Of a stretch of 64,000 nucleotides of DNA, positions 10,062-20,222 are shown piece by piece. The stretch comes from an uncultured Myxococcales bacterium (lineage in GTDB: Bacteria > Myxococcota > UBA4151), in the NCBI GenBank assembly GCA_964013405.1, contig CAXGWI010000006.1, forward strand, positions 2,893 through 66,892, in the 5' to 3' direction. The notes below the pieces were generated by a model. It was not told where the DNA came from and searched no databases. It saw only the letters and a program-made list of their open reading frames with translations. A program made the position numbers and the translations under genes. Position 1 is the first letter of the stretch; the number at the start of each line of letters is the position of its first letter.

Positions 10062-11761
10062 TGCGGCTCGGAGGCTTACTTCAGGAGCACTTCGGGCTCA
10101 GCGCCCAAGGCCTAGAAGAAGCGCTTCTCGAGCAAGAGGAGCGCGGCGGTCTTCTCGGTGAGATTCTCTTGGCTCAAGAAGCCATCAACGACGAGCAATT
10201 GGGTCAGGCCCTCGCCCTCCAGGCCGAATGCCCCTGGATTGACGATATCCAGGCCGAAGCGATCCCAGACCAACTCCTCGATCGGGTCCCCATCGCTTTT
10301 GCCCGTAGTCACCGAGTGCTTCCGATTACGGAGACCGATAGTGGGCGCGTGCTCGTGGCCATTACCGACCCGTACAACCTGTCGGTGATGGGCGATTTGC
10401 GGATGATGCTAAAGGCGCGGGTCGATCTGGCGGTCACCAGCGAAGAGCAGCTGCTGACCGCACTCAACACCGCCTATGACCGGGCCACCCGATTGGCTGA
10501 AGACGCGGCCGAGGGCCTTGAAGAGACCCACGGCGATGACGAAGCCGAGTTGGATATCCAGGACATCCTCGATTCCGACGACGAAGCGCCCATCATTCGG
10601 TTTGTGAACTCAATTTTAAGCCAAGCCATCCGGGAACGGGCCAGTGATATTCACCTCGAGCCCTTTGAACGAGAGCTCTCCGTTCGCTTCCGAGTCGACG
10701 GTGTTTTGCGCAGCGTCGTCAACCCACCCAAGGCAGCTCAAAACTCGATCATCAGCCGAATCAAGGTGATGGCGGGCCTCAACATCGCCGAAAAACGGCT
10801 ACCGCAAGACGGCCGGATTCGCCTCAAACGAGCCGGCCGTGACATCGATATCCGTGTCAGCACGGTCCCCACCAACTACGGCGAGCGGGTCGTCCTGCGT
10901 TTGCTGGATCGCAGTTCGGTCCTCAAGCCCCTCGACAGCCTGGGCTTTGACAAAAACATCCTCAGCCAAGTGGACCGACTGATTCGCCGCAGTCACGGTA
11001 TTATCTTGGTCACTGGACCCACGGGCTCTGGTAAAACCACCACGCTCTACGGCGGCCTGGCCACCATCAACTCCCCCGACCTCAACATCCTCACCATCGA
11101 GGACCCCGTTGAGTACCAGCTGCCCGGCGTGGGCCAAGTGCCGGTGAACACGAAGATCGACCTGACCTTCGCCAACGGCTTGCGGGCCTTTCTGCGCCAG
11201 GATCCGGACGTGATCATGGTGGGTGAAATCCGCGACCTCGAGACCGCGGAGATCGCAATTCAGGCTTCCCTCACCGGTCACTTGGTCCTCTCGACCATCC
11301 ACACCAATGACGCTTCATCGGCTGTGACACGGCTGGTGGACATGGGGGTTGAACCCTTCCTTGTCGCCTCCTCTCTGGCCGGGATTCTCGCCCAACGCCT
11401 GGTGCGCACCCTCTGCCCGGACTGCCGCTTCGAACGGCCCATCACCGAAGGCGAACTCGCCGAGTTGGGGCTCAGCTCCAAAGAGGCCGGTCGGATGATC
11501 AGCGAAGGCAAGGGCTGCGCCAGTTGTCAGGAGACCGGTTATCTCGGTCGAACGGGAATCTACGAGTTGCTCATGGTCAGCGATGAGGTCCGGGACCTTG
11601 TCCTGTCCAACGCCGATGCCTCAAAGATCAAAGCGGCTGCCCGGCGCCACGGCATGACTACGCTTCGGGAAGATGGCGCCGCAAAGGTCCTCGCCGGCAT
11701 GACCAGTGTGGCTGAGGTCTGCCGTGTCACAACCGAGGAGGCGGTCCTCGACCTGAACTAA
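10061..11761 (+). CDS. gspE: T2SS ATPase
   Basis: Walker A VTGPTGSGKTTTLY. Asp box, His box and tetracysteine CPDC...CASC motif. Confidence 0.9.
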   Translation: MRLGGLLQEHFGLSAQGLEEALLEQEERGGLLGEILLAQEAINDEQLGQALALQAECPWIDDIQAEAIPDQLLDRVPIAFARSHRVLPITETDSGRVLVAITDPYNLSVMGDLRMMLKARVDLAVTSEEQLLTALNTAYDRATRLAEDAAEGLEETHGDDEAELDIQDILDSDDEAPIIRFVNSILSQAIRERASDIHLEPFERELSVRFRVDGVLRSVVNPPKAAQNSIISRIKVMAGLNIAEKRLPQDGRIRLKRAGRDIDIRVSTVPTNYGERVVLRLLDRSSVLKPLDSLGFDKNILSQVDRLIRRSHGIILVTGPTGSGKTTTLYGGLATINSPDLNILTIEDPVEYQLPGVGQVPVNTKIDLTFANGLRAFLRQDPDVIMVGEIRDLETAEIAIQASLTGHLVLSTIHTNDASSAVTRLVDMGVEPFLVASSLAGILAQRLVRTLCPDCRFERPITEGELAELGLSSKEAGRMISEGKGCASCQETGYLGRTGIYELLMVSDEVRDLVLSNADASKIKAAARRHGMTTLREDGAAKVLAGMTSVAEVCRVTTEEAVLDLN

Positions 11762-11763
11762 AG

Positions 11764-12984
11764 ATGCCCCTCTTCGAATACAAAGGCTTCGACGCCAAAG
11801 GAAAGACCGTCAAAGGGGTTCGAGACGCGGACTCCGTGAAGGCTTTGCGAGCGCAAATGCGTCGCGAAGGGGTCATGCTCGCCAGCGTCGACGAAGCGAA
11901 AGCCCAGAATGAGAGCGAGGTCGAAGTTCGCTTGGGCAGCGGTCGTATCGACGTCCGAGAGTTGGCCGTGGTGACCCGCCAGTTCGCGGTCCTCCTGCGC
12001 AGTGGTATTCCCCTGGTTCCAGCCCTGACGGCCTTAGCGGAGCAGGTCGATAACCCCCGGCTGGCCCGAATGCTCGGGGATGTAAAAACCCGGGTGAACG
12101 AAGGGGCCAGTTTGGGCGATGCTTTGGCGAACCACCCCAAGGCCTTCAACACCATTTACGTCAACATGGTCCGGGCCGGTGAAAGTTCGGGCGCTTTAGA
12201 CGTGGTCCTGGAGCGCCTCGCCGACTTCACGGAAAATCAGGCGGCCCTCAAAGGCAAAGTCATCGGCGCCCTGATCTATCCCCTGGTGATGATCATCGCC
12301 GGCGGGGCCATCATGATCGGCCTCTTCATCTTCGTCATCCCGCGCATCTCAAAAATCTTCGAACACGCCGATGCCCAGTTGCCTTTGCTTACACGTATTT
12401 TGATGGGGCTGAGCGAGTTGCTGAGCAACCCCATCCTCGATGGCATTCTGGCGCTGATTGCGGTGGCCGCGCTGATCCTCCTGCGCCAGTACATCAAAAC
12501 CGAGGGCGGCCGCCTGCGCTGGGATGCCTTCAAACTGCGCTTTCCCAAGATGGGCGAGATTCACCGCATGATCGCCATCGCCCGCTTCTCACGAACCTTG
12601 GCCACCCTGCTGTCCAGCGGTGTGAACCTGCTGCAGGCCTGTAAAATCGCCCGCAATGTGATGAACAACGAGGTCTTAGCCCGAGTGGTGGATGAAGCGG
12701 CCGTGGCGGTCAGCGAGGGACAAAGCCTCGCTGCACCGCTGAAGAAGAGTGGGGAGTTCCCCCCCATCGTCTATCACATGGTGGCCATCGGCGAGCAGAC
12801 CGGCCAGTTGGAGGAGATGCTCGCCAACGTGGCACGAGGTTATGAACAAGAGGTCGAAGTGAAGGTCAGTACCCTCACCAGCCTCCTCGAGCCCTTTCTC
12901 ATCCTGTTTATGGGCGGCGTCATCTTTACGGTGGTGATGGCCGTCCTCACGCCCATTCTGCAAATGAACCAGTTCATCAAGTAA
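11764..12984 (+). CDS. gspF: T2SS inner-membrane platform protein
   Basis: Duplicated GspF/PilC domains with three TM segments. Gene order. Confidence 0.85.
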   Translation: MPLFEYKGFDAKGKTVKGVRDADSVKALRAQMRREGVMLASVDEAKAQNESEVEVRLGSGRIDVRELAVVTRQFAVLLRSGIPLVPALTALAEQVDNPRLARMLGDVKTRVNEGASLGDALANHPKAFNTIYVNMVRAGESSGALDVVLERLADFTENQAALKGKVIGALIYPLVMIIAGGAIMIGLFIFVIPRISKIFEHADAQLPLLTRILMGLSELLSNPILDGILALIAVAALILLRQYIKTEGGRLRWDAFKLRFPKMGEIHRMIAIARFSRTLATLLSSGVNLLQACKIARNVMNNEVLARVVDEAAVAVSEGQSLAAPLKKSGEFPPIVYHMVAIGEQTGQLEEMLANVARGYEQEVEVKVSTLTSLLEPFLILFMGGVIFTVVMAVLTPILQMNQFIK

Positions 12985-12995
12985 GCGAGGTCGAT

Positions 12996-13418
12996 ATGAC
13001 GAGTACAGACTGCCAAGAACGCCAGCATCGCCGCCGAGGCATGACCCTGATCGAAATCATGGTTGTGGTGGCGATTCTGGGCCTCCTAGCCACGGCGATC
13101 ACCATGGGTGTGATGGGCCAACTCGACGATGCCAAGGTGCAAACAGCCCGCCTTAAAGCCAATGAGATCGCCAAAGCCATGGACCTCTATAAGATCCGCA
13201 ACAACGGCTATCCGAGCACGGGTGAGGGGATCAACGCGTTGGTGAATCCGCCCAAGGGCCAAGCCCTGTTCGATGAATTGCCGGTGGATCCTTGGGACAA
13301 CCCCTACAACTACGCCAATCCGGGCACCCATAACAGTCGCCGCTTCGACGTTTGGTCCAACGGACCGGACGGCGAAACAGGGACGGCCGACGACGTGGGC
13401 AACTGGAAGGAAGAGTAA
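12996..13418 (+). CDS. gspG: T2SS major pseudopilin (prepilin leader ...RRRG|MTLIEIMVVVAILG)
   Basis: Class III signal peptide with E5. GspG-typical MDLYKIRNNGYPST..G..AL. Confidence 0.85.
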   Translation: MTSTDCQERQHRRRGMTLIEIMVVVAILGLLATAITMGVMGQLDDAKVQTARLKANEIAKAMDLYKIRNNGYPSTGEGINALVNPPKGQALFDELPVDPWDNPYNYANPGTHNSRRFDVWSNGPDGETGTADDVGNWKEE

Positions 13419-13424
13419 GTCGAG

Positions 13425-14075
13425 ATGGGTCAACGCCCCGGCTTCACCCTCATCGAACTCACCGTCGCCATCGCGGTGGTGGGCCTGGTCGTGGCGGCCT
13501 TTGCCACCGGCCTGCGAGGACTCGATGACGCCAAAAGCCGAGAGGCGGCCGGACAGGTGGCCGCAGCCATCCAAACGGCCTTTGACCAGGCAGCTCTCTC
13601 CGGCGCTGTCCACCGACTCTCCTTTGAAGCGGGCCAGCCCATGCTGCGCCTGGACCAAGCGGAGGGGTCCTTCAGCCTCCCAGCCGTGCCTCTTGAAGTC
13701 GACAGCCAAGGCAAAGCGAAAGAAGCGGAGAAGGCGGAAAATGAAGAAGAGGGCTATTTGAAGGCCCTCCACGAAACGGCCCGGCAGGAGCTGGAGCGTT
13801 TACGGGCCGGGCCCAGTTGGTCCCCCTTTGATGGGGAGTTGGGCGAAGGGGTCGAATTCAAGGCGCCGGTCAAGATCCTCGCCTTCTGGACCGACGACTA
13901 CGAGGGCATGGTGAAGAATGGCGAGGGGGCCCTTTACTTCTTTCCCCGGGGTGAAACACAGGACGCCATCTTCTGGATCGGCGAGACCGAAGAAGACGCC
14001 ATCTCCGTGCGCGTGGACGGTCTCGCTGCCCGCATTCAGACTCGCTTCGAGTTGATCAAGCCGGAGGATCCATGA
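13425..14075 (+). CDS. gspH: T2SS minor pseudopilin
   Basis: Prepilin N-terminus MGQRPG|FTLIELTVAIAVVGLV. Position in operon. Confidence 0.6.
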   Translation: MGQRPGFTLIELTVAIAVVGLVVAAFATGLRGLDDAKSREAAGQVAAAIQTAFDQAALSGAVHRLSFEAGQPMLRLDQAEGSFSLPAVPLEVDSQGKAKEAEKAENEEEGYLKALHETARQELERLRAGPSWSPFDGELGEGVEFKAPVKILAFWTDDYEGMVKNGEGALYFFPRGETQDAIFWIGETEEDAISVRVDGLAARIQTRFELIKPEDP

Positions 14076-14680
14076 TCCACCGGCGAGCCTTTTCACTCAT
14101 CGAAGTGGTGGTGGCCCTGGGGATCCTGGGCTTTATGCTCACCGCACTGTTTAGCCTGCAGGCCACCGCCGCCCGGAGCGTGACCTACAGCCGCAACGTG
14201 CAGATGGCGGCACTGCTCGCAAAAGACAAAATGCTCGAGTTGGAGTGGATGCTCCGCAAGGACGGCTTTCGCTTGGGGGAGGCCGTCCTGTCCGGTGACT
14301 TTAGCGATGCGGAAGCCCCAGAAATCCAGTGGTCGGCCGAGATTCGCAAAGTCGAACCCGAGGCCCTGATGAATCAGGCCGGAGACCTTGGTGGGGTCCA
14401 CCCCCTCGCGGCCCAGGCCTTCCCGATCTTCGGTCATCTGGGGAAGATGCTCAGCGAACAACTACGGGAAATCCGGCTCACCGTGCGCTGGAAAGAGGGG
14501 CGCTACGAAGAGGAATTTGAGGTCGTCACCCACGTGGTCCATCTCGGTCGACCCCGGGCGGTGACCCCAACGGGCCCAGGCCTGCCGGCGACCGGAACGC
14601 CTCCCACGATTGGATCGACGGGATCGAGCCCTGCGACAAGGGGTTCCCAAAGCGGCAATAAGGGAAGCGGTAAGCCATGA
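14072..14680 (+). CDS. gspI: T2SS minor pseudopilin
   Basis: Prepilin N-terminus MIHRRA|FSLIEVVVALGILG. Translationally coupled. Confidence 0.55.
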   Translation: MIHRRAFSLIEVVVALGILGFMLTALFSLQATAARSVTYSRNVQMAALLAKDKMLELEWMLRKDGFRLGEAVLSGDFSDAEAPEIQWSAEIRKVEPEALMNQAGDLGGVHPLAAQAFPIFGHLGKMLSEQLREIRLTVRWKEGRYEEEFEVVTHVVHLGRPRAVTPTGPGLPATGTPPTIGSTGSSPATRGSQSGNKGSGKP

Positions 14681-15351
14681 AGCGCCGTGGCTTTACCCTG
14701 ATCGAGGTGGTGGTCGCGTTAGCGATTGTCAGCGTCATCGGACTGGCCCTCTACGGTACCGTAGAGCGAAGCTTCTCGATGCGTGAAGAGATCTCGGCCC
14801 ATAGTGAGCGCTACCGACAGGCTTATGTCGCGCTGGAGCGCATGAGCCGTGAGTTGGCCCAAGCTTTTGTCAGCAACCATGTGAACAAGGCCGACGTCAG
14901 CACCCAGACCGGCTTCTACGGCGAGGAGGACGAACTGCTGTTCACTTCGTTCTCAAACACGGTGCTGCGCAAGGACGCCTACGCCGGCGACCAGGAAACC
15001 ATTCGCTACCGGCTCGGCCCCGACCCGACCGGCAAAGACGGCACCTGCTTGATGCGCTGGTCCGCAGCTCGGGTCCTCGAGGACATCGAAGAAGACGACG
15101 AAGGCCGGGAGCGAGTCCTCATCTGCGGCGTGAACCGCATGGAACTCAAATACCATGCTGAACGGGAAGATGATTGGAGCGATTCGTGGCGGACCGAGGA
15201 CATCGCCCACAAGGATGTGGATGATGGCGAGGTCCGAGCCCGGCTACCCGATCGGGTTCGAATGAGCCTGTGGGTCGAGATGCCCGATGGTTCCAGGCGG
15301 CTCTTTCGCACGGCGACCACCCTACGATTAACCAAGGCGTTGAACTTCTGA
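14677..15351 (+). CDS. gspJ: T2SS minor pseudopilin
   Basis: Prepilin N-terminus MKRRG|FTLIEVVVALAIVSV. Confidence 0.6.
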   Translation: MKRRGFTLIEVVVALAIVSVIGLALYGTVERSFSMREEISAHSERYRQAYVALERMSRELAQAFVSNHVNKADVSTQTGFYGEEDELLFTSFSNTVLRKDAYAGDQETIRYRLGPDPTGKDGTCLMRWSAARVLEDIEEDDEGRERVLICGVNRMELKYHAEREDDWSDSWRTEDIAHKDVDDGEVRARLPDRVRMSLWVEMPDGSRRLFRTATTLRLTKALNF

Positions 15352-16790
15352 TGGCCGGCGACAAGACATCCACCGGACTTCTCCGGCCTCGCCGTGGCGT
15401 CGCCCTCCTGCTGGTGTTGGCGACCCTGGCGGTCCTGACCACCATCACCACGCAGTTCATCCATGAAACCCAGGTCCGCAGTCAGATCGCTGCCAACGCC
15501 CGGGACTCGGTACGAGCCTACTTCCTGGCCCGCAGCGGCACCGAACTCACCCGCCTCTTGATCGGGTTCATGAAGCAAAAGCCCTGCCCCATGAGCATGG
15601 GGCTCGGGACTCTAGCCAAGGGCAGCCAGAGCGGCCAGGCCACCTGCGAAGACGAGTTGCGGGGGCTCCAGTCGGCCCTGAATCTACCGCCCCAGCCTTT
15701 TTGGCGTATGCTCCCCCTCGACTCCGGGCTTTTTGGTGCCATCGGCGATGGCAGCATGGGGCAGATGCTCGGTCTGCCCACGCCGAAACTCACCACCGCG
15801 GCCATCGACCCCCAGTCCGGCGAGTTGAGTGGCGATGACGAGGGAGACGGGCCCGGCGGCGACGGCCAAGCCCTCCTCGCCAATCTAGGGGGAAGCTTCT
15901 CCGTTTCTATCGATGATGAAGATCGTAAAATCCCGTTGAAGCAACTTTGGAAGGGAACACCGGCCCAGAATCGGGCCGCCGCCCTCCGCTTGGCTGCGCT
16001 GATCTCTGCGCCCCGTTACGATGGTCTCTTCCAAGCGACCAATGCCCGAGGGGAGGATGTGGACCGCCGGGAGTTGATCTCGACCATTCTCGACTGGATG
16101 GATCCAGACACCTCCATCTCCGAGATCGACTTCATGACCGGGCAACGGGTCACGGGAGCCCAAAGCGAAGACAGCCGCTACGACAAGGAGGCGACGCCCT
16201 ATCGTAGCAAGAACGCCTCCTTTGATAGCATCGCCGAACTCAAGCAACTCAAGGGCTTTACCGACGAGGTCTACGCCGCCTTCGCCGATCAGATGACCAT
16301 CTACGGCGAGAATCGAATCAATGTCGAAAGCCTCCTGGGAAGCCTGCTGGGCGTCGGCTCGATGAACCCGGACCAGGAGGAGACGCCCTCCGCACCGGTT
16401 CAATTCCTCACGGCGGTCTCAGTGTGCCTGGCTCCAGAGCAAATCCTGCAAGTCGGCGAGCGCCTCAACCTCTGGTATTTGGCTTTCAATCGCTGCGTCG
16501 CCGCGAAACTCACCGACTTGCCTGAAATCCAGGCCCTTTGCCCACTGGGCGAAACCCCTGGCCTGAGCCCCTTCGACAACTATTTCGTCAACGTGATGGC
16601 CCAGCTCACCGCGGCCGAGGGGCTCGATTTCGATACGAAGGCCTGTCAGGAGTCCATCACGACCAGCTCCCGTTATTTTAGAATCACCAGCCAGGCCACC
16701 GTCGGCCGGGCTGCCCGCACCCTCACATTGGTTCTTCGCTACGCCCCATCGGACGCGGCTGAAGAGCGTTACTACTGGCGAGAGGAGTAA
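15351..16790 (+). CDS. gspK: T2SS minor pseudopilin K-like
   Basis: ATG at 15351 overlaps gspJ stop (TGATG). Hydrophobic N-terminus RRGVALLLVLATLAVL lacking E5, as in GspK. Larger size. Confidence 0.55.
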   Translation: MAGDKTSTGLLRPRRGVALLLVLATLAVLTTITTQFIHETQVRSQIAANARDSVRAYFLARSGTELTRLLIGFMKQKPCPMSMGLGTLAKGSQSGQATCEDELRGLQSALNLPPQPFWRMLPLDSGLFGAIGDGSMGQMLGLPTPKLTTAAIDPQSGELSGDDEGDGPGGDGQALLANLGGSFSVSIDDEDRKIPLKQLWKGTPAQNRAAALRLAALISAPRYDGLFQATNARGEDVDRRELISTILDWMDPDTSISEIDFMTGQRVTGAQSEDSRYDKEATPYRSKNASFDSIAELKQLKGFTDEVYAAFADQMTIYGENRINVESLLGSLLGVGSMNPDQEETPSAPVQFLTAVSVCLAPEQILQVGERLNLWYLAFNRCVAAKLTDLPEIQALCPLGETPGLSPFDNYFVNVMAQLTAAEGLDFDTKACQESITTSSRYFRITSQATVGRAARTLTLVLRYAPSDAAEERYYWREE

Positions 16791-16793
16791 GCT

Positions 16794-18677
16794 TTGGCTG
16801 CCACCGTCGGAGTCATCGATCTTTCCCAAAGTCGACTGCGCCTGCTGATGGCGGAACGGGGGAAGAACGCCCCACCGCTCATTCGCGAAGAAATGCCCCT
16901 CACCGAGGGGCTTGATGGCCTACCCCAGGCCCTCGCCAAGCTCCGGGAGGCGGAACTTCTCAGCGCCGATCGCTGGCTGGTTAGCTTGTCGAGCGATCTG
17001 TTCTCCATGCACGAACTCCTGCTGCCTGTCCCTGATCTACGCAAAGCCAAGATGGCCTTGGATTTCGAGCTGGAAGCCGAACTCCCATTCAAGCGGGATG
17101 AGGTGGTGGTCTCGACCCGCCTGCGTAAGGTCGAAGGAGGCACAGCCGTCGTCGCCTTGGTGGCGCCGATGGCCGAGCTCAGCGCCATTGTCGCCGCACT
17201 CCAGGCCGAAGGCATCGAACCCACCACCATCGTCCCCAGTTGTATGGGCTTGGCGCGCGCTGATCTGCGCAGGGGGCCCACCATCGTCATGGACATCGGC
17301 GCCACGAGCACGGAGGCCCTGGCCCTTTGCGATGACGAACCCCTGGCCTTGGTGACCATCGATGAGGGTGGCGATACGGTGAACCGGGCCCTCGCGGCCA
17401 GTCACTACCTCGACGAAACAGAGGCTGAGCGGGTCAAGCGGGAGGAGGGCGCGAGCGCGGAAGGTCAAGCCGCTCTCGATCCAGCCACCCGCCAACTGGC
17501 CCGCCATCTCAGCCGAGGTCTCCGCAGCCTCCAACGTCAACTGGGTTGGCGAGAGTGCACCGTGGTCCTTGGTGGCGGTGGTGCCTGCACCCCCCAACTG
17601 GCCGATCGCCTGGCCGAAGAGATGGGCCAGCCCGTGGATTTGGCCAACCAAACCGATGAGTTGGTCGGCAAGCCTCTCCAAGCCCTCGCCTGGGCCCCTG
17701 AACTGGGCCTCTTGCGGGACTTGCGAGCGGGCACGGTTTGGCAGCCACTCAACCTGCGGGCCGACGGTCTCGCTTATCAAGGTGGGGTCCTGCGGGCCCT
17801 TAAGGCCGTCTCCGGACTGGGCACCTGGGTTGCGGCCCTCCTCGTGCTCCTCTGTGCTCAAGTCTTTGCTGACATCCATGTCCGTTACAATCAGGCCGAG
17901 CGCTACGACAGCGCCCGCCAACAGGCCTGCACTCAAATCGCTGGGCTGACCAACAGCACCCACCTTCAGTGTCTTGCGGCGATGGAGGAGGCCATCGGCG
18001 GTACGGGCAAGGACGATATCCCCCGCTACGACGCCCTCGATGTCTATGCAGGCATCTCAGCGGCAGTGCCTGCGGCTCTTGAGGTCAAAATCGATGTGAC
18101 TCGAATCGATGGCAAAAGTTTGCGCCTCGAGGGCAGCACCACCGGGTTTCATCAGGCCAGCGAGCTGAACAAGGCCCTCTCGAAGGCGCCCTGTGTCAGC
18201 GAGCTGCGCAGCGACAAAACGGTCAAACAAGGGGCCAAAGTCCGCTTCACCTTCTCCGGCAAGATCGATTGCTCCCAACGACCTCCAGATCCTGACTTGT
18301 TGGCGAAAAAACCCAAACGGGCCGCCCGGGCAAAAGTCTTCGAGGCGAAAACACCCCGGCCGGCCATGAAGAAAAAACCAACGGCCCCCTTCGAGAAGAA
18401 GAAGTCTTTTCGGCCCTCCCGAAAGTCTGACCTTCCCAGCGGCTTGGCAGCCCCTCGTTCCAGCAGCTCCGATGACGACTCAGAGGATCAGGACGACGAG
18501 GATTTCAAGCCACCGCCCAAACTCAACATCAACTTGCCCTCGTCATCGCCGATGAAACTGCACTTGCCCCAAATTGAGAAGGGGATCTCCGGCACCTACG
18601 GCGGCCGAGACCCCAGCGATGATGATTCGACCAGTGACGATGATTCGACCAGTGGTAACCAGGAGGAAGAAAAATGA
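16794..18677 (+). CDS. gspL: T2SS protein L-like (cytoplasmic actin-like domain, one TM, periplasmic domain, long low-complexity tail)
   Basis: Operon position. TM LGTWVAALLVLLCAQVF around residue 350. C-terminal K-rich then D/S-rich tail with direct repeat SDDDSTSDDDSTS. Confidence 0.5.
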   Translation: MAATVGVIDLSQSRLRLLMAERGKNAPPLIREEMPLTEGLDGLPQALAKLREAELLSADRWLVSLSSDLFSMHELLLPVPDLRKAKMALDFELEAELPFKRDEVVVSTRLRKVEGGTAVVALVAPMAELSAIVAALQAEGIEPTTIVPSCMGLARADLRRGPTIVMDIGATSTEALALCDDEPLALVTIDEGGDTVNRALAASHYLDETEAERVKREEGASAEGQAALDPATRQLARHLSRGLRSLQRQLGWRECTVVLGGGGACTPQLADRLAEEMGQPVDLANQTDELVGKPLQALAWAPELGLLRDLRAGTVWQPLNLRADGLAYQGGVLRALKAVSGLGTWVAALLVLLCAQVFADIHVRYNQAERYDSARQQACTQIAGLTNSTHLQCLAAMEEAIGGTGKDDIPRYDALDVYAGISAAVPAALEVKIDVTRIDGKSLRLEGSTTGFHQASELNKALSKAPCVSELRSDKTVKQGAKVRFTFSGKIDCSQRPPDPDLLAKKPKRAARAKVFEAKTPRPAMKKKPTAPFEKKKSFRPSRKSDLPSGLAAPRSSSSDDDSEDQDDEDFKPPPKLNINLPSSSPMKLHLPQIEKGISGTYGGRDPSDDDSTSDDDSTSGNQEEEK

Positions 18678-19219
18678 GTAAGCTTGGCGACATTTTTCGC
18701 GGCCTCAGCCCCCGGGATCAGCGGGCCCTCGGCCTGCTGGGTCTCGTCCTCCTTCTCTTTCTCGGATTTTTAACGGTCCGGGGCGTCAATCAAGCCCGCA
18801 GCCGCAGCAATGTGGCCCTGACCAACCGCAAGGCTGAACTCAAAAAGGTCATTGCGCTAGCAGCCCGCTATCAAGAGGCTATCGGCGATAAGGAAGCCTT
18901 CAAGGCCCGCATTAAGCGCACCCGAATCAGTCTCGCTTCGCTGCTCGAAGATGCAGGCCGACAAAACCAAATCGAAATCAGCGACATGAAGAACCAAAGC
19001 CCAGCAAAAACCGAAGGGGCGAAGCTGGCGGAAGAGCGGATTCGGGTCACGATCAAATCCATCACGATGGACCAGTTTGCCCACTTCATCGATACGCTGA
19101 TGCAGCGGGGACGAGGGGATCTCATCCGCGTTCGAGAGCTCAGCCTAAAGACACAGTTTGAGGACCGAGAGATGATCAATGCAGTGTTCGTCGTGAGCAC
19201 CTGGAAGGAGGCGAGCTAA
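18674..19219 (+). CDS. gspM: T2SS protein M-like (single N-terminal TM)
   Basis: Size, single TM LGLLGLVLLLFLGFL, operon position, coupled start. Confidence 0.45.
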   Translation: MSKLGDIFRGLSPRDQRALGLLGLVLLLFLGFLTVRGVNQARSRSNVALTNRKAELKKVIALAARYQEAIGDKEAFKARIKRTRISLASLLEDAGRQNQIEISDMKNQSPAKTEGAKLAEERIRVTIKSITMDQFAHFIDTLMQRGRGDLIRVRELSLKTQFEDREMINAVFVVSTWKEAS

Positions 19220-20163
19220 TGGCAAGCCTCTGGCAAAAGCGTTGGTTTCGAATCAGCACCTACAGCAGCTTCTTTAGCTTCGTTTTTCTACTGTCGTTGG
19301 TGTTGACCTATCCCAGTTCAGCCTTGGTTGCAGAGATCGAGAACGGCGTGGCGAAAGGCGCGCCCGATGTGAAAAATCTCATCATCGAAGATGCCTCCTT
19401 CTCCGGTCTAGGTCTGCGCCTTGAGAACGTGGAGTTTACCTACGGCAAGGGGGAGATTCCCTGGCGCTTCGACAGCTTATGGGTCGGCTTGGCTGGCTTT
19501 GGCTTCGATCCAGAAAACCCGGCATTTTCATTGAGTGCTTCGGCCTACGGCGGCCAAGTGGATGTCCAGGTGGATGGTGCGATCGTGAAGGCCCAGGTGG
19601 CGGACCTCAATTTGTCCGACGTTCTCCCCCTGCAGGATATGTTGGGCCTGGGCATGGGCGGTCGATTGAGCGGCACGGTCGACATGGATGTCAGCGATCC
19701 GAAGCAAAAATGGCGCAAGGCTGACGGCACGGTTGACCTCACGCTTAGCGCCGCCAGCATCGGCCCGGGCAAACTGCCCATCCCTGGCTTTGGTCAGCCG
19801 CTAACCGTTCCCGAGGTCCGCATCGGCGACCTCCCCTTGGGCCTTGAAGTCAAGGCCGGTAAGGCGACCCTCACCCCGATCAAGGCCACCGGAGAACAGT
19901 TGGAGCTGGCGGCCAAAGGGGAAGTCACCCTGCAAAGAAGTCTTCGGCTCAGCGCCCTGGATCTCAGCGTTGATGCCCGCCCCACCGACAAGTTGAAGTC
20001 CACGCAAGAAGGCAAAAATCTCCTCAACGTCCTCGATCGCAAGAGCCCCCTCCTGCCCCGCCGCGTAAAACGCAACATGAGCAAGAAGGGCTGGCTCGGC
20101 ATGACGGTATCCGGCCGCATGAGCAGCCCCCGCTTTCGCATGAGGAAAAGCAACGTCCGCTAG
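19219..20163 (+). CDS. gspN: T2SS protein N-like
   Basis: N-terminal TM. Last gene of operon, start overlaps gspM stop. Confidence 0.35.
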   Translation: MASLWQKRWFRISTYSSFFSFVFLLSLVLTYPSSALVAEIENGVAKGAPDVKNLIIEDASFSGLGLRLENVEFTYGKGEIPWRFDSLWVGLAGFGFDPENPAFSLSASAYGGQVDVQVDGAIVKAQVADLNLSDVLPLQDMLGLGMGGRLSGTVDMDVSDPKQKWRKADGTVDLTLSAASIGPGKLPIPGFGQPLTVPEVRIGDLPLGLEVKAGKATLTPIKATGEQLELAAKGEVTLQRSLRLSALDLSVDARPTDKLKSTQEGKNLLNVLDRKSPLLPRRVKRNMSKKGWLGMTVSGRMSSPRFRMRKSNVR

Positions 20164-20222
20164 GGATTCCTTTTGCGGCCCAGGCTCCCATGTCCTAATC
20201 CCCGCCGCGAACGGGAAAGGAG

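Noticed and set aside
17037-17963. 308-aa antisense ORF within gspL, plus several 70-150-aa ORFs in the same region
   Set aside because: Overlap the coherent, translationally coupled gsp operon. No RBS or domain signatures.
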